Origin: Geosiphon pyriformis uo1
Taxonomy: Eukaryota > Fungi > Glomeromycota
DNA: 64,000 nucleotides
Direction of reading: 5' to 3'
Assembly (NCBI GenBank): GCA_016748015.1
Contig: JAAOMT010000200.1
Coordinates: 866,984-930,983, forward strand
The notes beneath the pieces were generated by a model. The model saw only the letters and a list, made by a program, of their open reading frames with translations, made no database searches and was not told the origin of the DNA. Below are positions 15,087 through 27,604 of this stretch, one piece after another. How positions within the stretch are numbered: the stretch's first letter is position 1; every line of letters starts with the position of its first letter. The position numbers and the translations under genes were made by a program.

Positions 15087-16383
15087 TATAGTTTAAGACT
15101 TAGAAGAGCACCATAATTAGGGTTTATACAAGCGTAAATGAGACACAGGTATGCAGGGTCATCTCACATGTGCTTTCGTTGTAAAATAAATATATGCACA
15201 AAGTCATTTAACATAATGGGTGTTATGAGTGTAAAACCTCGCTTCATCGAAAAATTTCTCTTTACCAATTTTTGCAATCAATTATTGCCTTAAAAGGTAC
15301 TTTGCAAAGATATGGTGATTCCTGTTAATCCGAGAAATCGTTGCCGTCGTCATTGCCGTTGTTGTCGTCATTAAAGCTATAAAATGTCTCGTTATATAAT
15401 AAACATCAGGTAAGAAATTCTCACCTTTGATTTTATTTGCAAAAAAAATTATAAATGGATATCTTTTTAAATCTTTTCGGAAGCAAAATATACTTTAAAA
15501 ATTAGGATAAAATGACTTTTCATTTTTTTTTTAGAATAACTATCAATCCATAAACGAATGCTTTTCAATTTCAAAATTACTCTGAGTGGATATGAAGGAA
15601 ATTTTGAATTCGGTGTGCATTTCAAGAAAACATGATTTTATTAACTCAATTCCTATGTAGATGAGATCCAGTACAACATCCCAAATGCCACGATTCAGAC
15701 ACTTCAAAATTTCGACATAGTTTAAATAGTGGCATTTTGCCATTCCCTTTCGCATTATACGTAATGCATGCCATCGCATTATTGGTAAAAATCAATGTAC
15801 CGGTTGTCATTAAAAAATTGCAATATCGAAAAATTGACGTACAGACTCTGAATAAAAATCTATTAGATTTGCTTTTGGAGATAAGAATAAAATATTAATT
15901 GGACATCACTTCTGTGAACTTAAGTCGCTGCATGCAGACTATGCAAAAATGACTAAATTCCGGATATTCATCCACCCAGATCGGCAAATGGTTCACACAA
16001 ATCATTTCGTTACACATCTGGGCTTTGAAGTCGGTGAATATACTATTAAGGACGAGCCTTCAAGACTTGTCTAAACTGCCTTTCTGCCTAAGCATGTCCC
16101 TCTTCTCACCGAAAATTCCCAAAAGAGAACCGCTTGCAGATGTTCCGAAACACTTGTTTAGCCTGGACAACCTATAGTACTATAGTAAAACATCCCTTCA
16201 AGCTGCATATTTAGGCGGCAATCAGTGAACATAGGAAGTTTAGTTTCTAAATATTCAGAGAGAATTTGAATCATGAAATATTAAATAGCCAACTTTAAGA
16301 CAATACAACCGGAAAACATGGGCATCAATTTGTATTTCAGTAGGAAAACACATTTTTCTGTTGATTTTCAAGCAAGATTTTCA

Positions 16384-16636
16384 CGTCGCGTTTTGCCATG
16401 ACCATTATATAACTTGGATCTCAACCCCATTAAGAACTTTTGGGCTGTATTAAAGCATAATGTAGAGAAAAGAGTAAAAGAAATGGAGGCAAAAAAAGAG
16501 TGTTTCAAAAAAAATTTTTATTAAGCTAATAAAAGAAGAATGGGCAAACCCCCTCGAAGAGGTGTTACTTACTAACAGTCATAGCGTCTGTATTCAAACT
16601 TGTATAAATGCTGAAGAAGGCCATACAAAATATTAA
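16384..16636 (+). mobile_element. Degenerate Tc1/IS630-type transposase C-terminal fragment
   Basis: Translates as LP*PLYNLDLNPIKNFWAVLKHNVEKR ... CINAEEGHTKY*, matching the WPxxSPDLNPIENxW and GGxTKY motifs. Confidence 0.75.
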
Positions 16637-17884
16637 TTTTTATATATATTATAGCATTAGCATTAAATATCTTCAATAAAAAAATCTTCTGGGTTTGTAT
16701 ATAGGAAATATATATAAGAATTTTCATTGTTATTTTTTTTTAAGAATAAATTTATAATTTGTGAATCAAATTAATTTTTAAATAAGGCTTTAAGGTTTAA
16801 AATTCATTTCTTAAATTAATGAAGAATTTTCTGAGAGCGATTTTATTCATAACTGATTGCTTTTTATCAGAAGTTGGGAAAAAAGTTTAGATTGTTATTC
16901 ATTTTTTATACTTTATAATAGGCAGATAATATATGGTATTAAGGTAGAGTCTGTTGCAAAATCATTGACGTTTGATTTTTTCATTCTTATACAATAAAAT
17001 TTTTAAAATATTTATATATAAATTCCTTGTTTCAAAAAATGTAGATTTTAAATATTTGATTCTGCAAAAGCACAAATTAAGGTAATTTCCAATAATTTTA
17101 CTATTAGACTGGTGGAACTAAAAAAACCTCACCAAATTAAAATAATATTCTTTTTTAAATATGCTAGGAGTTTTTAATAACTGAATTGAAACTATAAAGA
17201 AAGTCTCACACATTAATATCTCAAGCACAAATTTAAAATTCTTTCCTATATAAATAGATAGACTCCTATATAAAATCAATAATTATAAACATTCTATTTT
17301 TAAATTCATAATAAAAATTAAATTTTTCAAATGTTGAATAGCTGGTTTTTATCAAATCAACAAGTACCTGAAGAAAATAAAATATTAAAAACTGGAAAAT
17401 CTTTGGAATTTTGAACGTCATATAAAGTTTCGGAGTGCCAATAGCAAAGGATCGATAGCATCATTTTGAATCAGTTTCATATTTGATTCCAAAATTCATA
17501 GAATATTTGTTACGTTCAAGATATCAAGATGAAAGATTTTCATCAACCAATAAAAGTTTTCAAAGATTGAAATGGGAAAAATGGTTTAGGCCTTTTTAAT
17601 TTTTTTGAGCTTTATTTTTTCCAAAGCCATCAAAAAAAATTAAAAAAAATCACAAAAGGGATTTCACAATCTTAAATAAGCCCCGGAATATTTTTCGACT
17701 TGCTGACTTTTTGTCTTGGCGACTCGGAATAATTTTTCCGTCGCTAATTATGGGTCAGATGGAGATTTTGAAACCATGTAAAAAATCTAATGTCTCTCCG
17801 TGTTTTATCTCTATAAAATTTTTTCATAACTATTTAAACTTTTCCCTGGAAATAAAAATTGGATTTTATACTAAATCTTTGAAA

Positions 17885-19320
17885 ATGATGACTAAAAGCA
17901 ACAGTGTTACTTGGTTATTAAAAGCTCTATTTGCCATCTTTTTTCTCGAATTCGCTATCTTCATCATCTATGGTAAAAATCTTAAACGGTATGACTTTAA
18001 ATAAAAATTCTTTCACTCTAAATACTAATCTTTTAATCAAATTGGTAAAAGACCTTTTCTTGAACAAATTACCTCTGTTTGTAAAGAGCTTCCGGGAAGT
18101 AAACCCTATTAAACGTATCCACGTTATCAATCCACCTAGTAGTCATAAAACTAAACAGATTGCAAGGTCAAACCTTAGTCAAGGTGGTATCAAGAGTGAA
18201 TACCAAGTTCCTAATATAAAACGTGATCGTATTGATGAATATGCATGGTGGGCAATGCGATCATATTGTTTGGGTCAAAATAACTTGGTTGGCCCTGGGA
18301 TTTATGGTAAGTTTTAAGATAAACAATAAAATTTTACAAGTAAATCGTTTAAAAATGACCTTAAGCATTTAAATTATTCATCATATTTAGCGGCGGTTAC
18401 CGTACGTGATTACAGATTAATTTTAATGGTTAGAGGAGAATCTAGGGTTGATAATCAGCAATACTGGTCAACTCGAAATAATCAACTTGTCGACTATCCT
18501 ACAACAATTCCAGCGGCTATTGGAGCTAAAGTTGATAGAATCTTTTATGAAAACTTTCAGAGAACCAACGGACAAATTACGCCACTTATTTTATCGGCTA
18601 TAAAAGAACACAATATTAAAGTAATTGTGGCCGTTGGGCATGGTTCTGGTGGTGGTGAGACGAAATCTTCCCTCAACTTTGGTTCAATATCATCTTGCAA
18701 ATTCAATTAAAAGTGATGGTTATTTTTTTAGTCTATGCAGTGTTACAAATGTTGGAAATGATTCACTTGGATCTAAATATACCTCTGAAAGTATATACTT
18801 TTGGACAGCCGCATCTAGGCAACAGGGAATTCGTGCAACAATTTGATGATATAAACGATGGAGAAAGAATTTCTGTAAAAAGGGTGACAAACCTGGATGA
18901 TTACGTACCAAAACTTCCACTAAGTACGGAGCAGATGTTTTATGTGCAAAGTAATACAGAAATTTGGATTGAATCTGATGATTGTGAATGTCCTACGGGT
19001 AAGACCTTTATATGCCTCGGGCCGATAATTTATCAGCCTAATCGGCCTGCGATTCAGTTGGAAAGCCAGGTTAGTATTTTACCATTATGATAATTTTTAT
19101 TTTTTTAGACGTAAAAATAACTTGAATCAATTGAATACTATAGGAATGTAATGCTCAGTTTACAAACCCAAATTTTTTACCAAATAATGGCCCTTATTTT
19201 GGGTATATTATGGGAAACTGTTTAAATGACGCACCCCCTTGGATTATTTCTCCACCTGTTCAAGAAACTCTCGATCTGAATTGGTGGAAAAGGTTTTGGT
19301 CAAGACTTCTGGGCTGGTAA
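17885..19320 (+). CDS. Class-3 lipase-fold protein, probably catalytically inactive. Five exons: 17885-17972, 18052-18306, 18391-18654, 18732-19069, 19144-19320
   Basis: GT-AG splicing joins the frames; N-terminal hydrophobic segment; LILMVRGE, VAVGHGSGG, VYTFGQPHLGNREF, RVTNLDDYVPKLP, EIWI, C..NGPYFG motifs. Confidence 0.85.
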
Positions 19321-20783
19321 AAATAATAACAATACAGAGAACTCTTTCTAAATGCATCTCTTATAAGTGCACATTCTTTTTAATAAAAATAGTACCTTAA
19401 TAAGTTGCAACCAACGTGATCTTTATTGTTACATGGTTACAATTTCAAATTATAGAGTTTGTCTTCTCAAAACTGCCATACTTGGTGAACAAGTTTTATG
19501 TCAGGTTATCAGATTTAATATAAGATTGTTTAAGTTGTATAATAATATAAATTTTTTACAAAATTATATTCATAATATTATATACAATCTGTTTTTTTAA
19601 AACAGTTATACTTAATAAACAAGTTTTGTATTAATTTTGGAAGGTTATTAAGTTTAAAAAATAAGGTTATCTAAAATTGTATAATAATTTACATTATTAG
19701 AAAACTTATGTTGTTGGTATTTAAAAATATATTAAAATATATTAACATTAAATAAATATTTTTTATATTTTACATGCATAATAAAATTATTTTTGTATAA
19801 ATTTTATTTGAATATATATTTATGGGAATCAATCAATAAATTTTTTTGAATATTTGTAAAATTAAAAATATGTAATTTTTTTATGTTTCTTATTTGTTTT
19901 ATTTGTTTTAAACCTAATTTTTCTCTTAAGAAATTTATACTAGCTTATAAATTTTAAAAAGTTTTAAATAATGTTTTATTATTACAGAAGCCAAAAAAAT
20001 CAAGATAGATTGCAATTTTTTAGGTGACTTTATTTATTGACTAAAATTTTATTGCTAAGTTTAAATATTATTACAAAAAAAAATGGGTTAAATATCTTTC
20101 AAACCCAAATTTATGATATAAGAAAATCGAATTTTTTTATTAATACATAATTTTATCCTAATACTTTATTTTTTATTAATTTTTAAAATATATTATACAT
20201 TAAAGCTTAATCAAATAAAAAATTTACAATTTTTCAAAATGATATCAAAATTTTTTTTATTAAGTTATGCAAAAACATTAAAATTTTTCATATGCTAATG
20301 TTTATTTCTTTTGATTTGAAAATTTAACTAATAAATATCCAATAATTAGGAAAAATTAAGATGTTTTTTTAACAACAGGACAATTAAAACTATTGAGCTC
20401 TTTGGAAAAACAACAGGAATAGTTCATTGGAACAGTCTTATATAAAAAATTAATTACTATAGTTATATTTTAATAAAGATTTTTAAATTTGATCATATTT
20501 AGTGTATTGTAAATGATTTCACAACCATATTTAAAGGATCAGGTTTTCTTTAACAATTTGTATTTTTACCTTTTGCTTCTATCACATCCCTAATCCTTTT
20601 TGGCATTAAATTCCACAAAAATTAAAAGTCAGTCAATTTGGCGATCTTGGTTGCATCGCCATTGATTTCCGCTGGAATTTTAATAGTAGTGAGTGAATTT
20701 TGTAAATTTCTGGTTGCACATTTTTGTCATCCACATTCTAAATCAAAATGAGTTTTGTTTCAAAAATTCCCATTCAATGACCG

Positions 20784-21603
20784 ATGGAACCTGATATTAA
20801 TCCAATATTTAACATAGAATTCATGGAATTTGGCCAGACTACTCTTATTGCGAAAGGTGGCTATAGTGATGTTTCATATTGTACTTAGGAATCAAAAAGC
20901 ATTAAGGTTGTATTTAAGAAACTTTTCAACTAGCTGATTTCACAAAGAGAGAAAAGAAATTTCAAACGGGAGGTATTATTTGGAGAAATTTTTAATCTTT
21001 CTAGCTTAGAAAATTATTTGAAATATCTAAACAATTTTCTACCAAGGTGAGAATTTTACACGATCTGGGTAATTAAAAAAAATCCATATATCACTCAATT
21101 TTTCGGTTTGACACAAGATAAAATTATGTCTTATTTCAGATCTTAGCGGAGACTATATTTTTGTATTACAATATGCAAATGGAGTTACACTTCGAGGCTA
21201 TTTAAAGAATCATTTTGAATTGCTTGGGATTAGTAAGAAAATTGAACTAGCGAAAAATACAATCGACGCTATAACATATTTGGACAAGAACAATATAATT
21301 AATAGAGAATTAGTGAGTTGTTTATTTAAAACTAAAAATCTTTTGATTCAATTAATTATAAATCGAAGATTTTTTTATAATTTGAGCCCTCAAAAAATTT
21401 TCTCGTACATGATGAGAAAGCGATTTTAACAAATTCTGGACTATCAAGATCAGAAAAGAATACGATTTCATCATACTAAGGTTTGTGTGGTTAGTTCCTT
21501 ACAAAGACCCAGTTACCTTTGAAGATGAAACATATAGATATACCGCAGCATCTGATATCTATTCGTTGGGCGTTTTCTATGGGAAATTGCAAGCAGCTAT
21601 CCA
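20784..21603 (+). pseudogene. Protein kinase (TKL-like) pseudogene
   Basis: IAKGGYSDV G-loop followed by an in-frame TAG; FKRE, ITQFFGLT, VLQYANGVTLRGYL; HRDL changed to NREL and DFG to NSG; SDIYSLG; frameshifts. Confidence 0.85.
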
Positions 21604-22104
21604 TTGAATAAAAGTTTTACTGAGCTTGAGGAGAGTTCCTAAATTATAAGCATAAGTGAATAAAATGAGATAAAAAAACTGAAAATTAAAAATGAATGAA
21701 TTGTCTAACCGTTAATTTGATATTTATTTATTCGTATCTAAGGTTTAGTTTATAAAATCTATATTTACAGCAGGACAATATCTACTTCAAAACTGGCACA
21801 ACAAATGTCTTGTTTATCCTAAATGAAATTTCCTATATTCCTATTTTGACTTAAGAATTGAAATAGTGCTCAAATCCGGATGAGGATTGTTAAAAATAAA
21901 CTCCTTGAAAAAAATTAAATTATCTAAAATCATTCAAATTATTTTCACACCAACAAAAATATAATCCCAAAGCTTTTAATTCTGAAAAAATCTAAAAAGA
22001 CCCCATTCACGATCTTTAACTTTCAACATAATGATAATGTTTCTTCTATATCTAGCTTATTATGGAGTTAAAAATCAGAAACTGGAATAATTAAGATTTA
22101 GAGT

Positions 22105-22390
22105 TTTTAGCATTGTCTGTGAATAGACAAGTATTTTTCGTACAACGATAACACATTTTGAAGAATACCCTTTCGAAAGTCCGTTTACGACATTGTATAT
22201 TCATATAATAGATTGTAGTACAAAGAACAATGACCAACCTTTTGCCTTTTAGACATGTTTTTGGGACATTGTTAGCGTAGCTTAACAATGCGTCTATCAA
22301 ATTTATGATTAATGGGAATAATGTTTTGGCTTTTTTAACATTCTGTTTCAATTAATATTGTTTCTAATCATATCTTTTTCTATAAAATTG
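22105..22390 (+). promoter_or_regulatory. Promoter of peptide gene 1: HMG-box-like sites and TATA box
   Basis: CATTGT at 22111 and 22191, AACAATG at 22226, inverted pair CATTGTT..AACAATG at 22267-22290, TATAAAA at 22381. Confidence 0.6.
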
Positions 22391-22501
22391 ATCGTGTCTT
22401 CCCAATTTCTTTTCATTCAACCCAACCAAAGTAACTAAAAGAAAAGGAAAAGAAATTGAATTCTCAAATTCAAATTAAATCAATCAAATAACTTAAACAA
22501 A

Positions 22502-22633
22502 ATGCAACCAACAACCAACAATCAATCTTCATTCAATCCACTCTCAATTATCGCTCCTGGCAACGGCTCAATTAAAGGACCAACTGGTGACCCAGATGAT
22601 GGTAGTGGCACTGGTCAATGCTCAATCATGTAA
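22502..22633 (+). CDS. CaaX (CSIM) lipopeptide pheromone-precursor-like peptide, 43 aa, copy 1
   Basis: ATG..TAA with AAACAAAATG context and TATA at -121; identical protein in five copies with only synonymous differences. Confidence 0.9.
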   Translation: MQPTTNNQSSFNPLSIIAPGNGSIKGPTGDPDDGSGTGQCSIM

Positions 22634-23530
22634 AAGTTGCAGAGTACTCACATTGAAGATACTCTTTTTTCGACCATCCCAGTAAATTGTATGAAAAATT
22701 ATCGTCGGCACTTCTTCAAGTTAATATAATGCAAATTCGGACTCTTTACATAGATATCTAGTTCTTAATAATTAACGGTCGATAGAATTACTCGCAACTA
22801 AAGGATACGGCATATTTTTATTTCACTATTATTTAATATTAATTGTGTATTAGCACTAGAGTAATATAATTTGGTTAGTTTTAACAAAATATTCTTAATA
22901 TGTAAATTTGATAATAATAGGCTTTAATTTTTGAACCAAAAAATCTTTTTTTGTCCAAGTAAAATAAAGCTATTTGGACCTTTAAAAATATCTCACTTAA
23001 TATCAAAGTGAAACTTGAAAGTCAAATAAGAACCTGTTCAATCTTTACTAACTCAACTCATAACTGATATTTACCTTGAAAATTATTAAATTTTTGAAAG
23101 TTAAGAGATTAAAGGCTTGTGATAAATATATATAAACCAATCTTTGAAATATATTTCTCCTATCAAAATTGATTGAAATTAAAATTACTGTTTTATTTAC
23201 GCTCAAATTATTCTATTCCATTTTTTTATTTGAAGTTATGAATTTTTCTTAAACATATCTTTTAACATTGAAAAAAATCTAATCTCTAATTTATACTTGT
23301 AATATGAATTGATAATAGAAGTTAAAATGCCCAAGTTTATTATACTAACAATTAAAAAAATGCCTATAAAAAAATTGCTTTTGCGAAAAACTATAACTCT
23401 TAATACTGCATTGTATTTTCAGGTTTTTTTTGTACTTTTAGCTATTAAGCATTAAAATTTTGATGCAAAATTTAGAATTTATATTTTATTGTAATCTAAG
23501 CTTAAAATTTATTGATGACTTTATAACAAT

Positions 23531-24265
23531 AGAGAGTTTGCGCTACAATGATTTCTTTGTAAATTTACTTCTAGCAGTCCCAAATGGAATTCATTGTAGA
23601 ACAGAGTTTGTGCTACAATGATTTTCCTTGTAAATTTATTTCTGCAATTGGCTAGTGATTTCACGTAATTTTAATGCAAAAGCGTATCAAATCTCACCAT
23701 ATGGAGTCCGAGAACTTGACTTTTGACAGCCTGCGAATGGCTACACTTCTGCTACTACTTCATAAGCGTCAACAGCAACTGGCCATAACAATGAAGACAA
23801 TATTTGAACCTGAACGTCCATTGATTCCCAATACGAGACTTGATCTAAATGCACTTGATGAGGGAACGTGTGTAGCATTTTTCCGGTATGAAGATAAAAG
23901 TTTTATATGATTAATGTAACAATAATGTTTTGAAAAGTATATTGAAGACAACGGCTTATAGATTCAACAAAATACAGATAGAACAACTTGTTGGGCACTT
24001 CCGAATTCCATCAGTTAGTATAGTGAATACTTATTCACTAACAATAAAAATGGTCCACAGTCTTAAAATAGGTTTGAGAATATCTCTCTTAGGTTTGGAC
24101 ATATTTTAAGACATACCTTGTCAGCTTTTGGCTACAGATTGCAAAAAATTAGATAACAAAAATCTCTTACTTGTACAAAGAATTCCGGTTTTAAATTTAT
24201 CTGTAGCCACAAATTTGTGGCTACAGATAAATTTACAAAGAAAATCATTGTAGCGCAAACTCTCT
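23531..24265 (+). mobile_element. 735-bp internally deleted PIF/Harbinger-superfamily (PHIS) DNA transposon
   Basis: About 37-bp TIRs (AGAGAGTTTGCGCTACAATGATT...), AAT duplication versus the empty site near 28470, subterminal repeats, spliced transposase N-terminus (..LDLNALDEGTCVAFFR/FNKIQIEQLVGHFRIP). Confidence 0.85.
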
Positions 24266-25184
24266 AATAAGTATTAGAATTTGGAATGACCAAAGTGGTT
24301 TACATAAAAATTGAAAATCAAATTTGAAAAATGCAACATAATTATTGTTTAAATAGTTAAAGATGCTAATTAATCATCAAAAAACTTCTAAAGAATGCTC
24401 AATTATTTAATCAGAGATTACTACTCTTAAATTTGTAGAATGTAGGAAATACTCTCAAAAATTTCTAAAGAAAAAAAATGCCCAGATGTAAAACTCTACA
24501 TTGTTAAACACAATGGGAAAATAAAACTGACGTTATTATGAATAAATTGTCTAAACGTTAATTTAACATTTTTTATTACTATTTAAACTTCAGATTATAA
24601 AATTCAAAGAATATTTATAGTTCAAGCAGAACAATATCTACTCCAAAACTCGCATAACATCTATATTGTCGTTATAATTGAAATTTCCTTATCAAGCGAG
24701 ATGGTGCTCGAATGAAGATTAAAGATTGTTGACATAGATTCTTTAGGAAAATATAAAATTATCTAAAATTGCCCAAGTTATTTCATTCTTTAGCGGATTA
24801 AAAATTTGAATAATAAGAGTTTATAGTCAATTTTGTCATTTAAAAGGAATATTTGGAGATAAAACTTATTATTAAAATTAAATACGAATGCAAAGTGAGT
24901 TATATAATTAAACATCTTTATAATTTATTCTAAAACTAGGCGAATAATTAGCAAGAGGTTATTTAGACCTAATATAAATAAAATTTAATTTAAAAATAGT
25001 GTCATTTCTACTCAAATAAATTCTAAATTTGAAAATGAAAGTCATTTTATTCCCAATATTTAAAGTATATTTGTTTAAGAAAATTTTTAAAAAAGATATC
25101 CATTCACAATCTTAGACTCAATCAAAATTTAGATTTTGTACAACCATAACACGTTTTGAAGAATACCCTTTTTAAAAAGCCTGT

Positions 25185-25420
25185 TTACGGCATTGTAAAT
25201 TCATCCATCCGTTCTATATTCTATAATATTGTAGTGCAAAGAACAATGACCTACCTCTTGCCTTTTTCGACTAAAATAATCAATTATAAAGGCTGATCCA
25301 TTTTTTAGGATATTGTTTGCATAGCATAACAATTCATATGTTAAATTGGAATATAATATAACTTTTTTAGCATTCTATTTCAATTGATATTGTTTCTTAT
25401 AACATCTTTTTCTATAAAAC
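25185..25420 (+). promoter_or_regulatory. Promoter of peptide gene 2: HMG-box-like sites and TATA box
   Basis: GGCATTGT, ATTGTAGTGCAAAGAACAATG, ATTGTTTGCATAGCATAACAAT, TATAAAA at 25413. Confidence 0.6.
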
Positions 25421-25534
25421 TGGTCGTGCCTTCCCAATTTCTTTCATTCAATCCAACCAAAAGAACTTAAAGAAAAGGAAAAGAAACTGAATTCTCAAAT
25501 TCAAATTCAAATTAAATCAAATAACTTAAACAAA

Positions 25535-25666
25535 ATGCAACCAACAACCAACAATCAATCTTCATTCAATCCACTCTCAATCATCGCTCCTGGCAACGGC
25601 TCAATTAAAGGACCAACCGGTGACCCAGACGATGGCAGTGGCACTGGTCAATGCTCAATCATGTAA
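25535..25666 (+). CDS. CaaX lipopeptide pheromone-precursor-like peptide, copy 2
   Basis: Same 43-aa product; 4 synonymous differences from copy 1; CDS identical to copy 4. Confidence 0.9.
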   Translation: MQPTTNNQSSFNPLSIIAPGNGSIKGPTGDPDDGSGTGQCSIM

Positions 25667-27039
25667 AATTCGCAGAGTATATATATTGAAAATTCTCTTT
25701 TTTCGACCATCCAATAATAAGTGTGAAAAATTATCATCAGCACTTCCGAATTATATACTTCAAGTTAATGTAATGCAAATTTAGACTCTTTACATAGTTA
25801 TCTAGCTATTATTAATCAATATTAAAGCAAAAGTCAATAGAATTATTTATAATGAAATGATATCGCATATTTTTCTTTCACTATTTATTAATATTAATTA
25901 TCTATTAGCATTACTTTTATAAAAGTCATTGGTTTTACTAAAGTTCAAAAAAAATACTTCTAGCATCTAAACTTAATAAAGGAATGCTTTAACTGAAGAA
26001 CTATAGAACTTTTTTTTCAAGAAAAAATTTGGTTTTATATCATAAATAAAATACAGCTACTCGGGCACTTTTAAGGTATATTCTTAGTGAACTTGAAAAG
26101 TGAATTATTCAACGCAAAAATTGAGCCTTAGATATTTTGAATCCCAAAAAAAAAGAAACCTAAATAAAAAATCTGAAGTTTTTACTGCTAATAAAATTTT
26201 TGATTTTGCTGTAGGAAATGCATAACTACTATTTAAAGTAATTTTAAATGTTATGAGCCATTTTTCGCTACTTTTTTTAGCTTAATTTAAATTTTGATGA
26301 CATAACTCATTTAAGTTTTTGAATTATTGTTTCTAATTTAAAAATTTTACGGGCAAAAAAAAATTGACATAAATATATAAAGTGTCACGATAGAAGGTTA
26401 TTAGACTAGAAAACAAAAAACTAATATAATATATATTAAAATTTAGAAATAAACAGTTAAACATGACATCCTTTTTTGAAAAATAACGAATTATTTAAAT
26501 TGGGTTAAATTGTTTCGCCCTTTAGCAGGTTTCGGTTTGAATCTCTAATTAGCAGCTATTCGAATAAGGCGTTGAAATAATTAAATTACAAAGCAGGAAT
26601 CCTTACAATTAATACAGGAGAGGGTAGCAAATTTATCTAAAAACTAAAATAATAATAAGTGTCAATTTGGTATGGGTAGATCGAAAAATTCGAGCTTTTT
26701 AAAATAAATTTTCATATGCACACTTAGCAAAAAGTTTTTAAAGCCTCATAACATAAATAATATTTTTTACTAATTACTTATTAATTCAAAGTTTCTCTCA
26801 TATCAATTCAGATTAATTTTGGTATTCAAAAGCATTCCGTTTATAGATTGATACTTGTACTAAAAGTCAATTTATTCACGATTTTTTTGGTATATTTGCT
26901 TATGTAAAGGTTTTAAAAATATATTCATTTGCAATCTTAAATTCAAAGGTATTTTGCATGCTAGTGATAAATTTTCTTGCATGTAATACTCATTAGCATA
27001 CAGTTAAACATTAGAAACTGAAATAACCGAAATTAGAGT

Positions 27040-27360
27040 TTTTAACATTGTCTGTGAATAATAAGTATTCTTTGTACAACTATAATACCTTTTTGAAGAA
27101 AACCATTTTGAAAGCCTGTTTACGGCATTGTAAATTCATGCATCCGTTCTATAATATTGTTGTGCAAAAAACAATGACCCACCTCTTGCCTTTTTCGACT
27201 AAAATAATCAATTTTAAAAGCTGATCCGTTTTTAGGACATTGTTAGTATAGCTAAACAATGCGTTTATCAAATTCATGATTAAATTGAATAATGGTTTGA
27301 CTTTTTTAACATTCTGCTTCAGTTAATATTGTTTCTAATCATATCTTTTTCTATAAAATT
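27040..27360 (+). promoter_or_regulatory. Promoter of peptide gene 3: HMG-box-like sites and TATA box
   Basis: CATTGT x2, AACAATGACC, CATTGTTAGTATAGCTAAACAATG, TATAAAA at 27352. Confidence 0.6.
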
Positions 27361-27472
27361 GATCGTGTCTTCCCAATTTCTTTTCATTCAACCCAACCAA
27401 AGTAACTAAAAGAAAAGGAAAAGAAATTGAATTCTCAAATTCAAATTAAATCAATCAAATAACTTAAACAAA

Positions 27473-27604
27473 ATGCAACCAACAACCAACAATCAATCCT
27501 CATTCAATCCGCTCTCAATCATTGCTCCTGGCAACGGCTCAATTAAAGGACCAACTGGTGACCCAGACGATGGTAGTGGCACTGGTCAATGTTCGATTAT
27601 GTAA
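27473..27604 (+). CDS. CaaX lipopeptide pheromone-precursor-like peptide, copy 3
   Basis: Same 43-aa product; 8 synonymous differences from copy 1, three of them within the CSIM codons. Confidence 0.9.
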   Translation: MQPTTNNQSSFNPLSIIAPGNGSIKGPTGDPDDGSGTGQCSIM

